Below, piece after piece: positions 24,605-37,395 of a stretch of DNA of 64,000 nt. The notes under the pieces are model-generated. The model searched no databases. It had not been told where the DNA came from and worked only from the letters and a program-made list of their open reading frames with translations. The position numbers and the translations under genes were made by a program. Each line of letters starts with the position of its first letter. The stretch's first letter is position 1. Source of the DNA: Squalus acanthias (taxonomy: Eukaryota); assembly GCA_030390025.1 (NCBI GenBank), contig JASTWF010000346.1, forward strand, positions 62,001 through 126,000. The letters run 5' to 3'.

Positions 24605-26715
24605 TTCAGGTGTCAAGGATCGCAAGCTTCAACAACTCATGAACACCAATGCTCCTCCGGAACCTTCTTTCCCTTCACTTTCCTCTGACCCTATCCCTTC
24701 TTCCAATCTCACCCCCTGCCGTGTTTTCACTATCCCCTCTGACCTTCCCCTCTCTGACCCTGAAAGATTATTCCTCAGCAAAGGAATGAGCTTCATCCCC
24801 TTACACCCCCACCTCAATGAATTTCGAGCTCAGCACGACGCTGAGCTCTTTTTCCGTCACTTTCGTCTCCGTGCCCACTTCTTTGGCCAGGAGTCTTCCC
24901 CCCCGCACAGCGACCCTTTCTCCCGTTTTCAAAATTCGCGTTCTACCTGGACCCCTCCCTCTGGCCTCTTACCCTCTCTAGATCTTTTCATTGCGAACTG
25001 CTGGCGTGGCATCGGCCGTCTCAATTTTTCTGCACCCCTCACTCACTCCAACCTACCTCCCTCTGAACTTGCAGCACTCCATTCTCTCAGATCCAACCCT
25101 AACATTGTCATTAAACCTGCTGACAAGGGTGGCACTGTTGTTTGGTGAACCGACCTCTACCTTGCGGAGGCTGAACGCCAACTCTCTGACACCTCCTTCT
25201 ACCTCCCCCTGGACCATGACCCCACTACCGAACATCAAGCTATCAAGACTGTCACTGACCTCATCTCCTTTGGAGATCGTCCCTCCATGGCCACCAACCT
25301 CATAGTCCTCCAACACTGCACAGTCTGCTTTTAGTTCCTTCTCAAAATCCACAAACAGACTGCCCTGGTAGACCCCATCGTTTCAGCCTGTTCTTGCCCC
25401 ACAGAACTGATTTCCTCGTATCTCGACTCTATTTTTTCTCCCCTTGTCCAGTCTCTTCCCACCTACAACCGCGATTCTTCCGACGCCCTCCACCACTTTA
25501 ACAGTTTCCAGTTTCCTGGCCCCAACTGTCTCCTTTTCACTATGGACCAATCCCTCTACAGCTCCATCCCCCACCAGGAAATTGTTCTCACATTGAACAA
25601 CTTCTCCTTTGACTCTACTCACTTCCTCCAAATTAAAGGTGTTGCTATGGGAACCCGCATGGGCCCAAGCTATGCCTGCCTATTTGTGGGATATGTGGAA
25701 TGCTCTCTTTTCCAGTCCTACTCAGGTGCCCTTCCTCACCTCTTTTTCCGGTACATTGATGACTGTATTGGTGCCGTTTCCTGCTCTCGCCCTGAACTAG
25801 AAAATTTCATTCACTTTGCTTCCAATTTCCACCCTTCCCTCACCTTCACATGGTCCATCTCTGACTCTTCCCTTCCCTTTCTCGACTTGTCAGTCTCCAT
25901 TTCTGGGTATAGGCTATCGACAAACATCGACTATAAGCCCACTGACTCGCACAGCTACCTGGACTACACTTCCTCCCACCGCACTTCCTGTAAGGACTCT
26001 ATTCCATTCTCCCAGTTTCTCCATCTCCGTCGCATCTGTTCTGATGATGCCACCTTCCATACTTGTGCTTCTGATATGTCTTCCTTTTTCCTCAACCAAA
26101 GATTCCCCTCTGCTGTGGTTGACATGGCCCTCGACCATGTTCGTTCCATTTCCCGCACTTCTGCTCTCACCCCTTCCCCTCCCTCCCAGAAGCACGATAG
26201 GGTTCCTCTTTTCCTCACTTTACACCCCACCAGCCTTCACATTCAACGGATCTTCCTCAGACATTTCCACCACCTCCAGCGTGATCCCACCACCAAACAC
26301 ATCTTCCCCATCCCTTTCAGCATTCCGAAGGGACTGCTCCCTTCGTGACAACCTGGCCCACTCCTCAATCACCCCCAACACCCCCTTCCCTTCCCACAGC
26401 AGCTTCCCGTGCAAGCGCAGGAGATGCAACACCTGCCCTTTCACCTCCTCCCTTCCCAATGTCCAGGGGCCACAAACACTCCTTCCAGGTGAAATAGCGA
26501 TTTACTTGTACTTGCAATTTAGTATACTGTATTCGCTGCTCACGATGCGGTCTCCTCTACAATGGGGCGACCAAACGCAGGTTGGGTGACTGCTTTGTGG
26601 AACACTGCCATTCAGTCCGTAAGCGTGACCCGAGCTTCCAGTTGCCTGTCACTTTACTTCGCCGCTCCACTCCCACTCTGACCTCGGCCTCTTACACTGC
26701 TCCAACGAAGCCCAA
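24605..26715 (+). mobile_element. Penelope-like element, decayed RT plus GIY-YIG region
   Basis: IKPADKGG, QIKGVAMGTRMGPSYA, FRYIDD, YKPTD and CKRRRCNTCP motifs; frameshifts and an internal deletion. Confidence 0.9.
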
Positions 26716-26999
26716 ATCTTATATTGATGGCCTCTAGTTTTGCTCTTCCCCACAAGTGGAAACACTCTCTCTGTATCAAAACCTTTCATAATTTTAAAGA
26801 CCTCTATTAGGTCACCCCTCAGCCTTTTCCTTTTAAGAGAAAAGAGACCCAGCCTGTTCATCCTTTCCTGATAGGTATACCCTCGCATTTCTGGTATCAT
26901 CCTTGTAAATCTTCTCTGCACCCTCTCCAGTGCCTCCATACTATGGCGACCAGAATGGTACGCAGCACTCCCAAGTGTGGTCCAACCAAGGTTCAATAC

Positions 27000-27429
27000 G
27001 GCAACACGGTGGCATAGTGGTTAGCACTGGTGCCTCACAGCGCCAGAGACCCGGGTTCGAATCTGACCTCGGGTGACTGTCTGTGTGGAGTTTGCACATT
27101 CTCCCCGTGTCTGCGTGGGTTTCCTCCGGGTGCTCCGGTTTCCTCCCACAGTCCAAAAATGTGTGGGTTAGGTTGATTTGGCTATGATAAATTGACCCTT
27201 AGTGTTAGGGGGGATTAAATATGTGGGGTTATGGGGATAGGATGGGATATGTTAGGGGGAATTAAATACGTGGGGTTACGGGGGTAGGGTGGGATATGTG
27301 TATTGTGGGGATTAAAGCAGGGACAGGGTACTGGATTTGGATGATCAGCCATGATCGTATTGAATGGCGGAGCAGGCTCGACGGGCCGAATGGCCTACTC
27401 CTGCTCCTAGATTCTATGTTTCTATGTTT
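27000..27429 (+). mobile_element. tRNA-headed V-SINE (HE1-like) with CR1-type tail
   Basis: A/B boxes (TGGCATAGTGG, GGTTCGAAT), V-domain GTGTGGAGTTTGCACATTCTCCCCGTG, CR1 tail; TSD AATAC. Confidence 0.9.
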
Positions 27430-28096
27430 AATACAAGTTTAGCATAACTTCACTACTTTTCAATTCTATCCCTCTGGAAATAAACCCTAGTGTCATAGAG
27501 TCAGAGAGTCATAACGCATAGAAGGAGGCCATTCAGCCCATCGAGTCCATGCTGGCTCTCTGTAGAGCAATCCAGTCAGTCCCATTCCCCCACTCTATCC
27601 CCGTAGCCTGCACGTTTATTTCCCTCAAGCGCCTATCCAGTCTCCCCTTGAAAACATTGAGTGTCTCCGCTTCCACCACTTCCGTCGGCAGCGAGTTCCA
27701 GGTCCTCACCACTCGCTGCGTAAAAAAGTTTTCCTCACAACCCCCTGTATCTCTTGCCCAAAACCTTAAATCTGTGTCCCCTAGTCTTTGTACCATCAAC
27801 CAGTGGGAACAGCCTTTCCCCATCTAGCCTATCCAAACCCGTCATAATCTGGTATACCTCTATCAAATCACCCCGCAACCTCCTTTGCTCTATTGAAAAC
27901 AAATCCAGCTTCTCCAACCTGTCCTTGTAGCTAAGATTCCCCATCCCCAGAAACATTCGGATAAATCTCCTCTGCACCCTTCACAACATTCACATCCTTC
28001 CTAAAGTGTTGTGACCAGAACTGGACGCAATACTCCAGTTGTGGCCTAACCAGCGCTTTATAAAGGTTCAGCATAACTTTTCTACTCAATACCTCT

Positions 28097-28323
28097 TGAC
28101 ATGAATCTGTCATTCATGACAGAAAGACTTATGAAATAATACTGAGTGGCCTGCGGGTGGCGCTGTCCAGGGAGATTATAAATACTCGGGCACGGGCCCA
28201 GCTTGCGCAGGACATTCTTAACAGGAACTAGTAAAGGACACAACTAGACCTCCATGTTGTAAAACAGTTGATTAAAGCTTTGTTTAACGCTTAGACCAAG
28301 TGCCTAGTAGTTTTCTTACGTCA
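28097..28323 (+). mobile_element. Short solo LTR (227 bp; Gypsy/BEL-like)
   Basis: TGAC...GTCA ends, TATAAA and ATTAAA, 5-bp TSD CCTCT/CCTAT within a CR1. Confidence 0.8.
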
Positions 28324-29554
28324 CCTATATTTATGATGCCCAAGATCCCACATGCTTTGCTACCCACTCTCTCAATATGTCCCGCCACCTTCAGGGACCT
28401 ATGCACATTAACTCCCAGGTCCCTCTGTCCCTGCACACTCTTTAAAACTGTGCCATTAAGTGTATATTGCCTCTCCCTGTTCCTTCTGCCAAAATGCATC
28501 ACCTCACACTTCTCTGTATTAAATTCCATCTGCCACTTGTCTGCCCATTCTGCTAGCCTGTCTATGTCCTGTTGCAGTCAATTGGTACCATCCTCACTGT
28601 TTGCCACCCCCCCAAGTTTTGTGTCATCGGCAAATTTAGAAATTCTACTCTGTATTCCAATATCCAGGTCATTTATATAAATCAAAAAAAGCAGTGGCCC
28701 CAGCACTGACCCTTGGGGAACACCACTGTCTACCATCCTCCAGTCTGAAAAACAGCCATTTATCACAACTCACTGCTTTCTGTCCTTAAGCCAATTCTTT
28801 ATCCAAGCTGTCACTGACCCACCTATTCCATGAGCCTCAATTTTTAACCAGCCTTCTATTTGGTACTTTGTCAAACGCCTTCCTAAAATCCATGCAGACA
28901 ACATCCATTGCATTCCCTTCATCAATCCTCTCTGTTACTTCATCAAAAAATTCAATTAGGTTAGTCAACCACGATCTGCCTTTTACAAACTCATGTTGGC
29001 TCTCCTTAATTAGCTTAAACATCTTCAAATGCCCGTTTATTTTTTCGTTGATTATTGTTTCTAAAACTTTACCCACCACTGATGTTAAACTGACCGGCCT
29101 GTAGTTACGAGGATTGTCTTTGCACCCTTTCTTGAACAATGGTGTCACATTTGCCGCTTTCCAATCCTCAGGCACCTCCCCCGCATCTGGGGAAGATTGG
29201 AAAATTATGGCTTGGTTTGCTTTTTTTGTGCCCTTGTTAGCCTGTGTCATACCCTCAGTGATTCGTGTATTTGCACTCTGAGATCCCCCTGCTCCTCTAC
29301 CCCATTTAGATTATTTTCCAAGTAATATGTGACCTCACAATTTTTCCTACCAAAATGTAATACCTCACACCCATCTGCGTTGAACTTCATCTGCCAATTA
29401 TATGCCCATTCCGTAAGCCTATCAATGTCTTCCTGCAATCTGCTGCAGTCCTCCTCAGTATCGACCACACCCTCCCCCCACCCAATAGGTGTCCTCTGCA
29501 AATTTAGAAATTTTGTTTTTGATTCCAAAGTCTAAATCGTTAATATAACTCAAT

Positions 29555-29990
29555 GAAAAACGAAAGTAAAAGTTTTCAGGGAGGAGCTGTTGTAAACGTG
29601 CTTATTCCTTACAAATCTGTTGGAAAAAGGTGGAAAATCTTCGATCAGATTGTCGGAAAGTAAGAGGTGAGTCCCAAATATTTTTCATTTCAGGGGAAGG
29701 TTTAATTCCCAGTGGGATTGGGCTGTTTTTATTAATGGTGAAAGGTCCCAATTTAATACAAGGAGTTAAACGGGAACCTTTGGAGATTGTCCAGCGAAAC
29801 GTTGAAAACTTCATAAAATGTCTCTAATCACCTTAACAGTGTCGAACTGGGTCCTATCGGTATAAGGGAACTGTAGGAAGAAGTCATTTTAGACATAAAC
29901 CGTCAGAGTCAAAGAGAGCGACCAGAGAGAGAGTCGGAAGTAAAAGGGTGGAACATAATCTTGGGACGGCCGTTAAATGAAACCTGCTAA
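29555..29990 (+). promoter_or_regulatory. Candidate promoter / non-coding first exon (IRF-like and ETS-like motifs, CpG retention, splice donors)
   Basis: Apparently non-repetitive island with many retained CpGs; GAAAAACGAAAGTAAAAGT at 29555-29573; CGGAAG near 29935; donors GTAAGA 29660 and AG|GTGAGT 29667. Function is inferred. Confidence 0.35.
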
Positions 29991-30149
29991 GTATTCTTTA
30001 ATCTACATTGAATGCAGTTTGTTACTTTGCTTAAGTACAGTCTCTTTAAAGAGTGGTCGGGAACATTAATTTCAATCTCTGAAGTGTCATACGAGCTGAT
30101 CCACGGTGACACTGCACACAATAGTTCAGTCGATGTTAGTAAAATGCAC

Positions 30150-31310
30150 AATAATACAGACGCTGGAAATCTGAAACAAAAGCAGAATAAGTTTGGAAAC
30201 GCACAACAGATCAATCAAACATCTGTAGCAGAAAAGGATCTCCATTTCGGGGTGTGTCCTCTTCATCAGAACTGATAAAGGGTTATAGACACGAAGGCAA
30301 ATATCTTGGAGCCTTTGGAAACTATTTCAACCCATTGGGAGCCTTTGTGAGGCTGAAGGGGAGGGGAAATAAACGACAAGTACAGATTAAGCGAATGAAA
30401 ACCCAGTGTGGAGGCACAAAATGAAATCTGCAGACCAGTGACCTTGTTTGATGGCTGATGAAGTGGAAGTGGCCCTGCTTCCCAATCCGTATCACCCTCC
30501 CCATGGGACTGCTGTGATAACAACGTACTTTTTGTCTGTATTCAATTTTTGATTTGGATTTTTTTATGGCTCCAATCGGCATGCAAGGGCTTAAAATCCC
30601 ACAAGCAAGAAGAGTACTTTTGGAACAGAAAAACTATCATCTCAGAGACCAGGCAGGCTGGTTGTGAGTTACTGAGAAAAGCACAATGATTTGTCTAAAG
30701 TGTTACCTTTCCACAAGACTCTTTGCAGCTCTCTACCCTTAATATTGATTTTAACAACTTCAGACATTAACTATAGCTGCCATTTTATCACTGGTTGTAG
30801 GTGCTGGCAATGTGGGATGGGTGTGCCAGTATTTACAGGGATGGGGATGAGGACCCTTGTCAGAACACTATTGTCAGGTGATCTGTATCCTTGGTGTCAA
30901 ACTGCTTTTTTTCCACCAGACTCTTAAGTCACTGGAGCCTTCTCTGCTTTTTCATGTTTTCCTTTCTACCTATCCTCCTTTAACTATTCACATATTCTCT
31001 GCGTCTCATAAATATATTTTATTTCTTTGATTTCTCTCATGCCTCCTTTTGTCACGTGCAATTATCACTTCTGTCATTTAATCATCTCTTGTTCTCCACC
31101 CAAGCACTTCACAGGCCATTCTGTTTCTTTTCCATGTCCCTTTTCCTTGTTCTTTTCCTTTTTAAATGCTGTTCGTCTGTAATATCTTCCTGTCCTGAGG
31201 AAGGGTCCTAGAACTGCAATGTTGACTAACTTCTGTTTTGTCCACAGATGCTGCCTGACCTGTTGAATATTTCCAGCATTTTCTGATTTCCAGCATCTGC
31301 AGTATTTTGT
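30150..31310. mobile_element. Old Penelope-like remnant with inverted pLTRs and degenerate hammerhead cores
   Basis: - strand pLTR at ~30150-30275 (CTGATGA...GAAA) and + strand pLTR at ~31190-31310 (CTGAGGA); both resemble 40560-40700. Confidence 0.6.
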
Positions 31311-32086
31311 GTTTTGCCTGCAGTGTTAATTGTTTAATTGAATGTGATGGCTTTGGTCAGTCACAAACATCATTGCCATTGTCACAGGTTGGGCTACCCA
31401 TTCAGTAATGACAAGAGAAATGCAGCATCTTTTGAATAGCTGTTGATCTAATGTCATTATGAAAGATGCAGTCGTTTATTGACATTTGTTAAAGTATGCC
31501 TTTAAAGATGTTGGGATCATATTTCTGCAGCAAACCCACAGAAATCATCCCACACCACCTTGACACAGATGATCAAAAAAACAGGCTTGAGTAGTGGGAT
31601 TGATGGACATCTGTGACAATCTTAGCTCAGTGCTTAAGTTTTGTGTTCATCAGCTGAAGAGCTGGGCTACTTTTGAGGCTGTGATATGATCCACATCACA
31701 AGCAGTAAGGTTATGCTTTTAAGTCAATATTTAGAGAGAAAGTGAGTGGTGTCTTTATTATTTTATGTATTGAGGGAGAGAGAAAAAAAATCATGATTCA
31801 CTGTTTTTACTGTTCATTCATCTGTGTTGTGTAGATAAAGCCACCTGTTCAAACACACTCCTGGCCTGCCTCCCATCTTCCACTCTCCATAAACTTAAGC
31901 TCATCCCAAACCCTGCTGCTCGTGTCCTAACTCGCACCAAGTCCCATTCACCCATCGCCCATGTGCTCACTGACTTACATTGGCTCCCGGTTAAGCAGCG
32001 CCTCGATTTCAAAATTCTCATCCTTGTTTTCAAATCCATCCATAGCCTTGCCCTTCCCTATCTATAACCTCCTCCAGTCCAACAAC

Positions 32087-32253
32087 CAATGTTGCCTTTA
32101 AGCTACGTGGCCGCACAGTGGTCTGGAGGTTCCGTGCAGCCAGCTCACCGGCTTTTGAATGGAAAAACCACGCATGCAAGGAAATTTGAATGGGCCACGC
32201 AGCCCGTTACAGGAGCCGCATAGCCCCCCCGAAAAAAATTAAAGGGAACATTG
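32087..32253. mobile_element. hAT MITE (167 bp), same TIR family as 602-6870
   Basis: CAATGTTGCCTTTAA / TTAAAGGGAACATTG (14/15 match). Confidence 0.85.
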
Positions 32254-32258
32254 CCTAG

Positions 32259-33139
32259 ATTCTGACACTGGACTTAGGTGCGAGAGCAATAATGAAGAGA
32301 AAACTCAGGTCGACCCGGTTGAATAGTGCGAAATGGAAAATCTTTATTGCATATTATTCGAGATTACGAAATACATGTCATAAGCACAGATTAATGACAG
32401 TACAATCTTACACGCAGTTATGTAGCTAATTTTAGGGAAACGAGGAGCGCACGATACATCGAAAAAGGGGGCACACATTACAATTATCCTTAAAACTTAA
32501 ACCCTCCCCTATCAATACCTGTCCTAAACTAGATTTGTAGGATCGAGACTCATGCTCACCACTCGTGATAACTCGGAGAATTCCGAAACTCTGCTCGGAT
32601 GTTTTTACCGCATCACCTGACCACCCACGTGATCGATCAGGGGTCTCTGTACCCCACTTGTTTACTCGTTTCTGCTCCGGCTAGCAGGCTGGACCGTCTG
32701 CTGTCATGAAGATCTGTGTTGTCCTCGGAGTTCCGACACGACTCGAAAAATAGTCTTCCTGTGCCCTCGCACTGATGCGATAAAACTCGAAGAATGGTCT
32801 TCCTGTGCCCTCACGCCAGTTTGTAAAACTCAAAGAATAGTCTTCCTGGGCAAGGAAAGTGTTTATTCGACCTACAGGCGCGGTCGGGGCTTACTGACCG
32901 TGGCGATACATATGGTCGTCTTCTTCTCTTCTCATCTCATCTCATCTCATCTCGGGCCTTCGGTTCCAACACCGTTTACCGACTTCTCGGGATGGTGTGC
33001 CCTTTCAAGGCTTCACAGCCCAGTTCTACACAGATCTTCGCGGCAAGCCACGAGGTTGATCCTGGCGGATCAGAAAGTTCAAAAGTCTTCTAGTAAGTCG
33101 AGCCGCAAGAGTCAGGATCCAAGAGTCAAGAGTCTGGCA
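32259..33139 (-). mobile_element. LTR-like fragment related to 2038-3681
   Basis: Shares ordered motifs TGGACTTA, ATCTTTATT, AATGACAGTACA, CCCTCCC and ATGCTCACCA with ~2100-2330. Confidence 0.55.
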
Positions 33140-33510
33140 TCGGGTGACTGTCTGTGTGGAGTTTGCACATTCTCCCCGTGTCTGCGTGGGTTTCCTCCGG
33201 GTGCTCCGGTTTCCTCCCACAGTCCAAAAATTTGCGGGTTAGGTTGATGTGGCTATGATAAATTGACCCTTAGTGTTTGGGGGGGATTAAATATGTGGGG
33301 TTACGGGGATAGGATGAGATATGTTAGGGGGAATTAAATACGTGGGGTTACGGGGATAGGGTGGGATATGTGTCGGTGCAGGCTCGATGGGGATTTTGTG
33401 TGAGAAAGTAGGGACTTGGATGATCAGCCATGATGATATTGAATGGTGGAGCAGGCTCGACGGGCTGAATGGCCTACTCCTGCTCCTAGTTTCTATGTTT
33501 CTATGTTTCT
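33140..33510 (+). mobile_element. V-SINE (HE1-like) lacking its tRNA head
   Basis: Highly similar to 27069-27429. Confidence 0.9.
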
Positions 33511-34507
33511 AACCCTCCGAGATACCTGCGCTCCTCCAATTCTGGCCTCCTGTGCATTCCCAATTTTAAACACTCCACTATTGGCAGCCATACCTTCAGC
33601 TGCCAAGGCCATTAGCTCTGGAATTCCCACTCTAAACCTCTCCGCTTCTCTACCCCTCAAAAACTATCTCTTAGACCAAACTTTTGCAATCTGCCCGAAT
33701 AGCTCCTTATGTGGCTCGGTATCACATTTTGTTTGATAACACTGCTGTGTAGCACCGTGGGACATTTTACTATGTTAAATGCGCTATAGAAATGCAAGTT
33801 TTTGTTGTTATTGGTTCAGAGTCTGATTCTTAGTTTGGTAAGAGTGTAAATTCAGTTTTCTTTTCAAAGAAATTAGTTTCTCGTGAGGGCACGTGATACA
33901 TTCCACCAGGCAATGTACAGAGTAAGGGCTGTCATAAGAACAGGGAATTATGGAATAGTACAGCACAGAAAGAGGCCTTTCGGCCTAACGTATCTGCACC
34001 GGCTGTTTCAAAGAGCAATCCAGTTAGTCCCACTCCCCCGCTCTTTCCCCATATCACTGCAATTTTTTCTCCAATTCCCTTTTGAAGGCTACTGTTGAAT
34101 CTGTATCCACCGCCCTATCTGGCAATGCATTCCAAATCCTAACCAATCGTTGTGTAAAAAAGTTTTTCCTCATGTCGCCTCTGGTTCTTTTGCGAATCAC
34201 CATAAATCTGTGCCCTCTGGTTATCAACCCTTAAGCCATTGGAAACAATTTCTCTTTATTTACTTGAGCTAGTCCTTCATGATTTTAAACTCCTCTATCA
34301 AATCTCCTCTTGGCCATCTCCACGCTAAGAAGAACAACCCCAGCTTCTCCAGTCTATCCACATAACTGTAATCCTTCATACCTGGAATCATTCTCGTAAA
34401 TCTCTTCTGTACCCTCTCCAAAGCCTTCTTGTCCTTCCTAAAGTGTGGTGCCCAGAATTGGACACAATACTCCAGCTGGGGCCGTACTTGTGTTTTATAT
34501 AGGTTTA

Positions 34508-36250
34508 AGAACATAAGAATATAATAAATAAGAGCAGGAGTAGGCCATACGGCCCCTCAAGCCTGCTCCGCCATTCAATAAGATCATGGCTGATCATCGA
34601 CCTCAACTCCACTTTCATGACCCATCTCTGTATCCCTTGATTCCCCTGGAGTCCAAAAGTCTATCTATCTGAGCCTTGAATATACTCAAAGACTCAGCAT
34701 TCACAGCCCTCTGGGGCAGAGAATTCCAAAGATTCATAACCCTCTGAGTGAAGAAATTCCTCCTCATCTCAGTCTTAAATGGCCTACTCCTTATCCTGAG
34801 ACAATGCCCCCTAGTTCTAGACACTTCAGCCAGGGGAAACAACCTCTCAGCATCTACCCTGTCAATCCCCTTCAGAATCTTGTATGTTTCAATGAGATCA
34901 ACTCTCATTCTTCTAAACTCCAGAGAGTATCGGCCCATTCTACACAATCTCTCATCATAGGACAGCCCTCTCATCCCAGGAATCAATCTAGTGAACCTTT
35001 GTTGCCCCGCCTCCAAGGCAAGTATATCCTTCCTTAGATAAGGAGACCAAAACTGTGCACAGTACTCCAGGTGTGATCTCACCAAGGCCCTGTACAATTG
35101 TAGCAAGACTTCCTTACTCTTATACTCCAACCCCCTTGCAATAAAGGCCAACATGCCATTTGCCTTCCTTATTGCTTGCTGTACCTACATGCTAGCTTTG
35201 TGTGTTTCTTACACGAGGACACCCAAATCTCTCTGAACACCAACATTTGAAAGTTTCTCACCATTTAAAAAATATTCTGTTTTTCTATTCTTCCTACCAA
35301 AGTGAATAACCTTACATTTCTCTACATTATACTCCATCTGCCACCTTACTGCCCACTCACTTAGTCTATCTATATCCCTTTGCTTTCCCACCTATCTTTG
35401 TATCATCAGCAAACTTGGATACATTACACTTAGTCCCTTCATCTAGGTCATTAATATAGATTGTAAATAGCTGAGGCCCCAGCACTAATCCTTGCGGCAC
35501 CCCACTAGTTACAGCCTGCCAACCTGAAAAAGATATGATTATCCCTACTCTATGTCTTCTGTCCATTAACCAATCCTCTATCCATGCTACTATATTACCC
35601 CCAACCACATGAGCCCTAATCTTGTGTAATAACCTTTTATGTGGCACCTTATCGAATGCCTTTTGGAAATCCAAATATACTACATCCACTGGTTCCCCTT
35701 TATCTACCCTGCCAGTTACATCCTCAAAAACTCTAATAAATTTGTCAAACACGATTTCCCTTTCATAAAACGATGTTAACTCTGCCTAATCATGTTATGA
35801 TTTTCTAAGTGACTTGATACCACTTCCTTAACAATGGATTCCAGCATTTTCCCGACGACTGATGTCAGGCTAACTGGCTGTAGTTCCCTGTTTTTTCTCT
35901 CCCTCCTTTCTTGAATAACGGTGTTACATTTGCGACCTTCCAATCCGCTGAGACCATTCCAGAATGTAGGGAATTTTGGAAGATCAAAACCAATGCATCC
36001 ACTATCTCTTCAGCCACCTCTTTTAGAACCCTAGGATGTAAGCCGTCAGGTCCAGGGGATTTGTCGACTTTTAGTCCCATTAGTTTCTCTAGTACTTTTT
36101 CTCTACTTATATTAATTACGTTAAGTTCCTCACCCTCATTAGACCCTTGTTTCCCCACCATTTTTGGTATGCTTTTTGTTTCTTCGACTGTGAAGACAGA
36201 TACAAAATATTTGTTTAACATTTCTGCTATTTCCTTATTCCCCATAATAA
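34508..36250 (-). mobile_element. CR1 ORF2 3' part, same subfamily as 9510-12295
   Basis: Near-identical translated segments (MGNKEIAE..., RRNFFTQRV). Confidence 0.92.
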
Positions 36251-36347
36251 TTTAGCATAACTTCCTGGCTTTTGTACTCTATGCCTCTATTTATAAAATT
36301 GAGAGGTCGCACAACACCAGGTTATAGTCCAACAGTTTTATTTGAAA

Positions 36348-36389
36348 TCACAAGCTTTCGGAGCTATCGATTGCCCCTTCCTCAGGTGA
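36348..36389 (-). ncRNA. Minimal type I hammerhead ribozyme motif (opposite strand)
   Basis: Reverse complement TCAC-CTGAGGA-A-GGGGC...GCTCC-GAAA-GC-TT-GTGA. Confidence 0.8.
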
Positions 36390-36442
36390 AGTAAATAGAT
36401 ACAGAATCGCCAAAGCATATATAGATTCTGTATCTATTTACT

Positions 36443-36484
36443 TCACCTGATGAAGGGGCAATCGATAGCTCCGAAAGCTTGTGA
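36443..36484 (+). ncRNA. Minimal type I hammerhead ribozyme motif
   Basis: TCAC-CTGATGA-A-GGGGC aatcgata GCTCC-GAAA-GC-TT-GTGA: intact core, stems I and II, palindromic stem III (AAGCTT). Confidence 0.8.
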
Positions 36485-36502
36485 TTTCAAATAAAACTGT
36501 TG

Positions 36503-37395
36503 GGGGTAAAAATTCAGTTGGTTGCGCCTCCCGTTAGCGCCTTAAGAGGGCACTAATGGGGCGCAAAGCCGCTAACGCCCGGGCGCAGCGATGTTTGCGC
36601 CGCTCGGGAACTTAACTAGAGATTGTGCGGCGGCGCTAAAACTTACCGCTGCGACCACCTGCGCGCGCAGATTATGACGTCATTCCATGGTGAAACGCCC
36701 TTGTGGCGCCCCAGAGCGGAAATTGAGTGGCGCCCCCTGCCTTACCGCCTGGCGCATCCAACGACCAGAAGACTGGAACGCTATCAATCGCTGTGGGGCT
36801 GGGGGGGGCGCTATTTAAAGGGGGCCTCTTCCTGTCTTTTATTGTTGGTGGCATTTTTGAACTACGCATTCTGAGAGAGAGAGGGAGAGACTTCTGGAGA
36901 GATTCAACGTTGTGTGAAGGAGTTTTGGGTACTGAGCAGCACTTTGCAGGTTCATTTTGATTTGCCATTCCTTGTATCGATTTAGCAGAGACTGTGGGAG
37001 CTGCACTCTGAGCTCTTTGTCTGGTACTCTCCATTGTTCTTTCCAGCACATTTGATGTGCAAGTCTCTCCAGGCCGAGATTCAAGGCTGCAATGAACAGG
37101 ATGTGGATGGAAAGCAAGATTGACCATCCCCTTTAAGAACTGGCCCGTGCCATTGTGTGTGTGTTCCATTGCTGACTGACATTACATGAGCTTCGCCAGC
37201 GCTCTGAGTTAGCGCCTCACTCCTTGGCCTTTGCGCCTTAAGACAGGTGTGCAGCGCCTGATTTAGCGCTCCACTCAACTCCCGGGGCGGTAAAAGTGAA
37301 GTTTCCAGCCAGTGCCGATAATTAGCGCCAGGCGCTAATATTTGCGTCCAGACGATATTTGCGCCCCAAATGGGGCGCGACCTAATTTTTACCCC
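36503..37395. mobile_element. PIF/Harbinger-type MITE
   Basis: TIRs GGGGTAAAAATTC / TAATTTTTACCCC; TSD TTG. Confidence 0.9.

Larger units (their letters stand above)
26716..29550 (-). mobile_element. Several CR1 ORF2 fragments (- strand)
   Basis: RT C-terminal motifs in ORFs 26649-29528; hosts the SINE at 27000 and the LTR at 28097. Confidence 0.85.
31840..33810 (+). mobile_element. L2 3' fragment split by a hAT MITE and an LTR/SINE composite
   Basis: LTDLHWLPVKQRLDFKILILVFK; resumes at 33511. Confidence 0.8.

Noticed and set aside
27000..27070. tRNA genes at SINE heads (also 42141 and 58911)
   Set aside because: tRNA-derived heads contiguous with SINE bodies and LINE-type tails.
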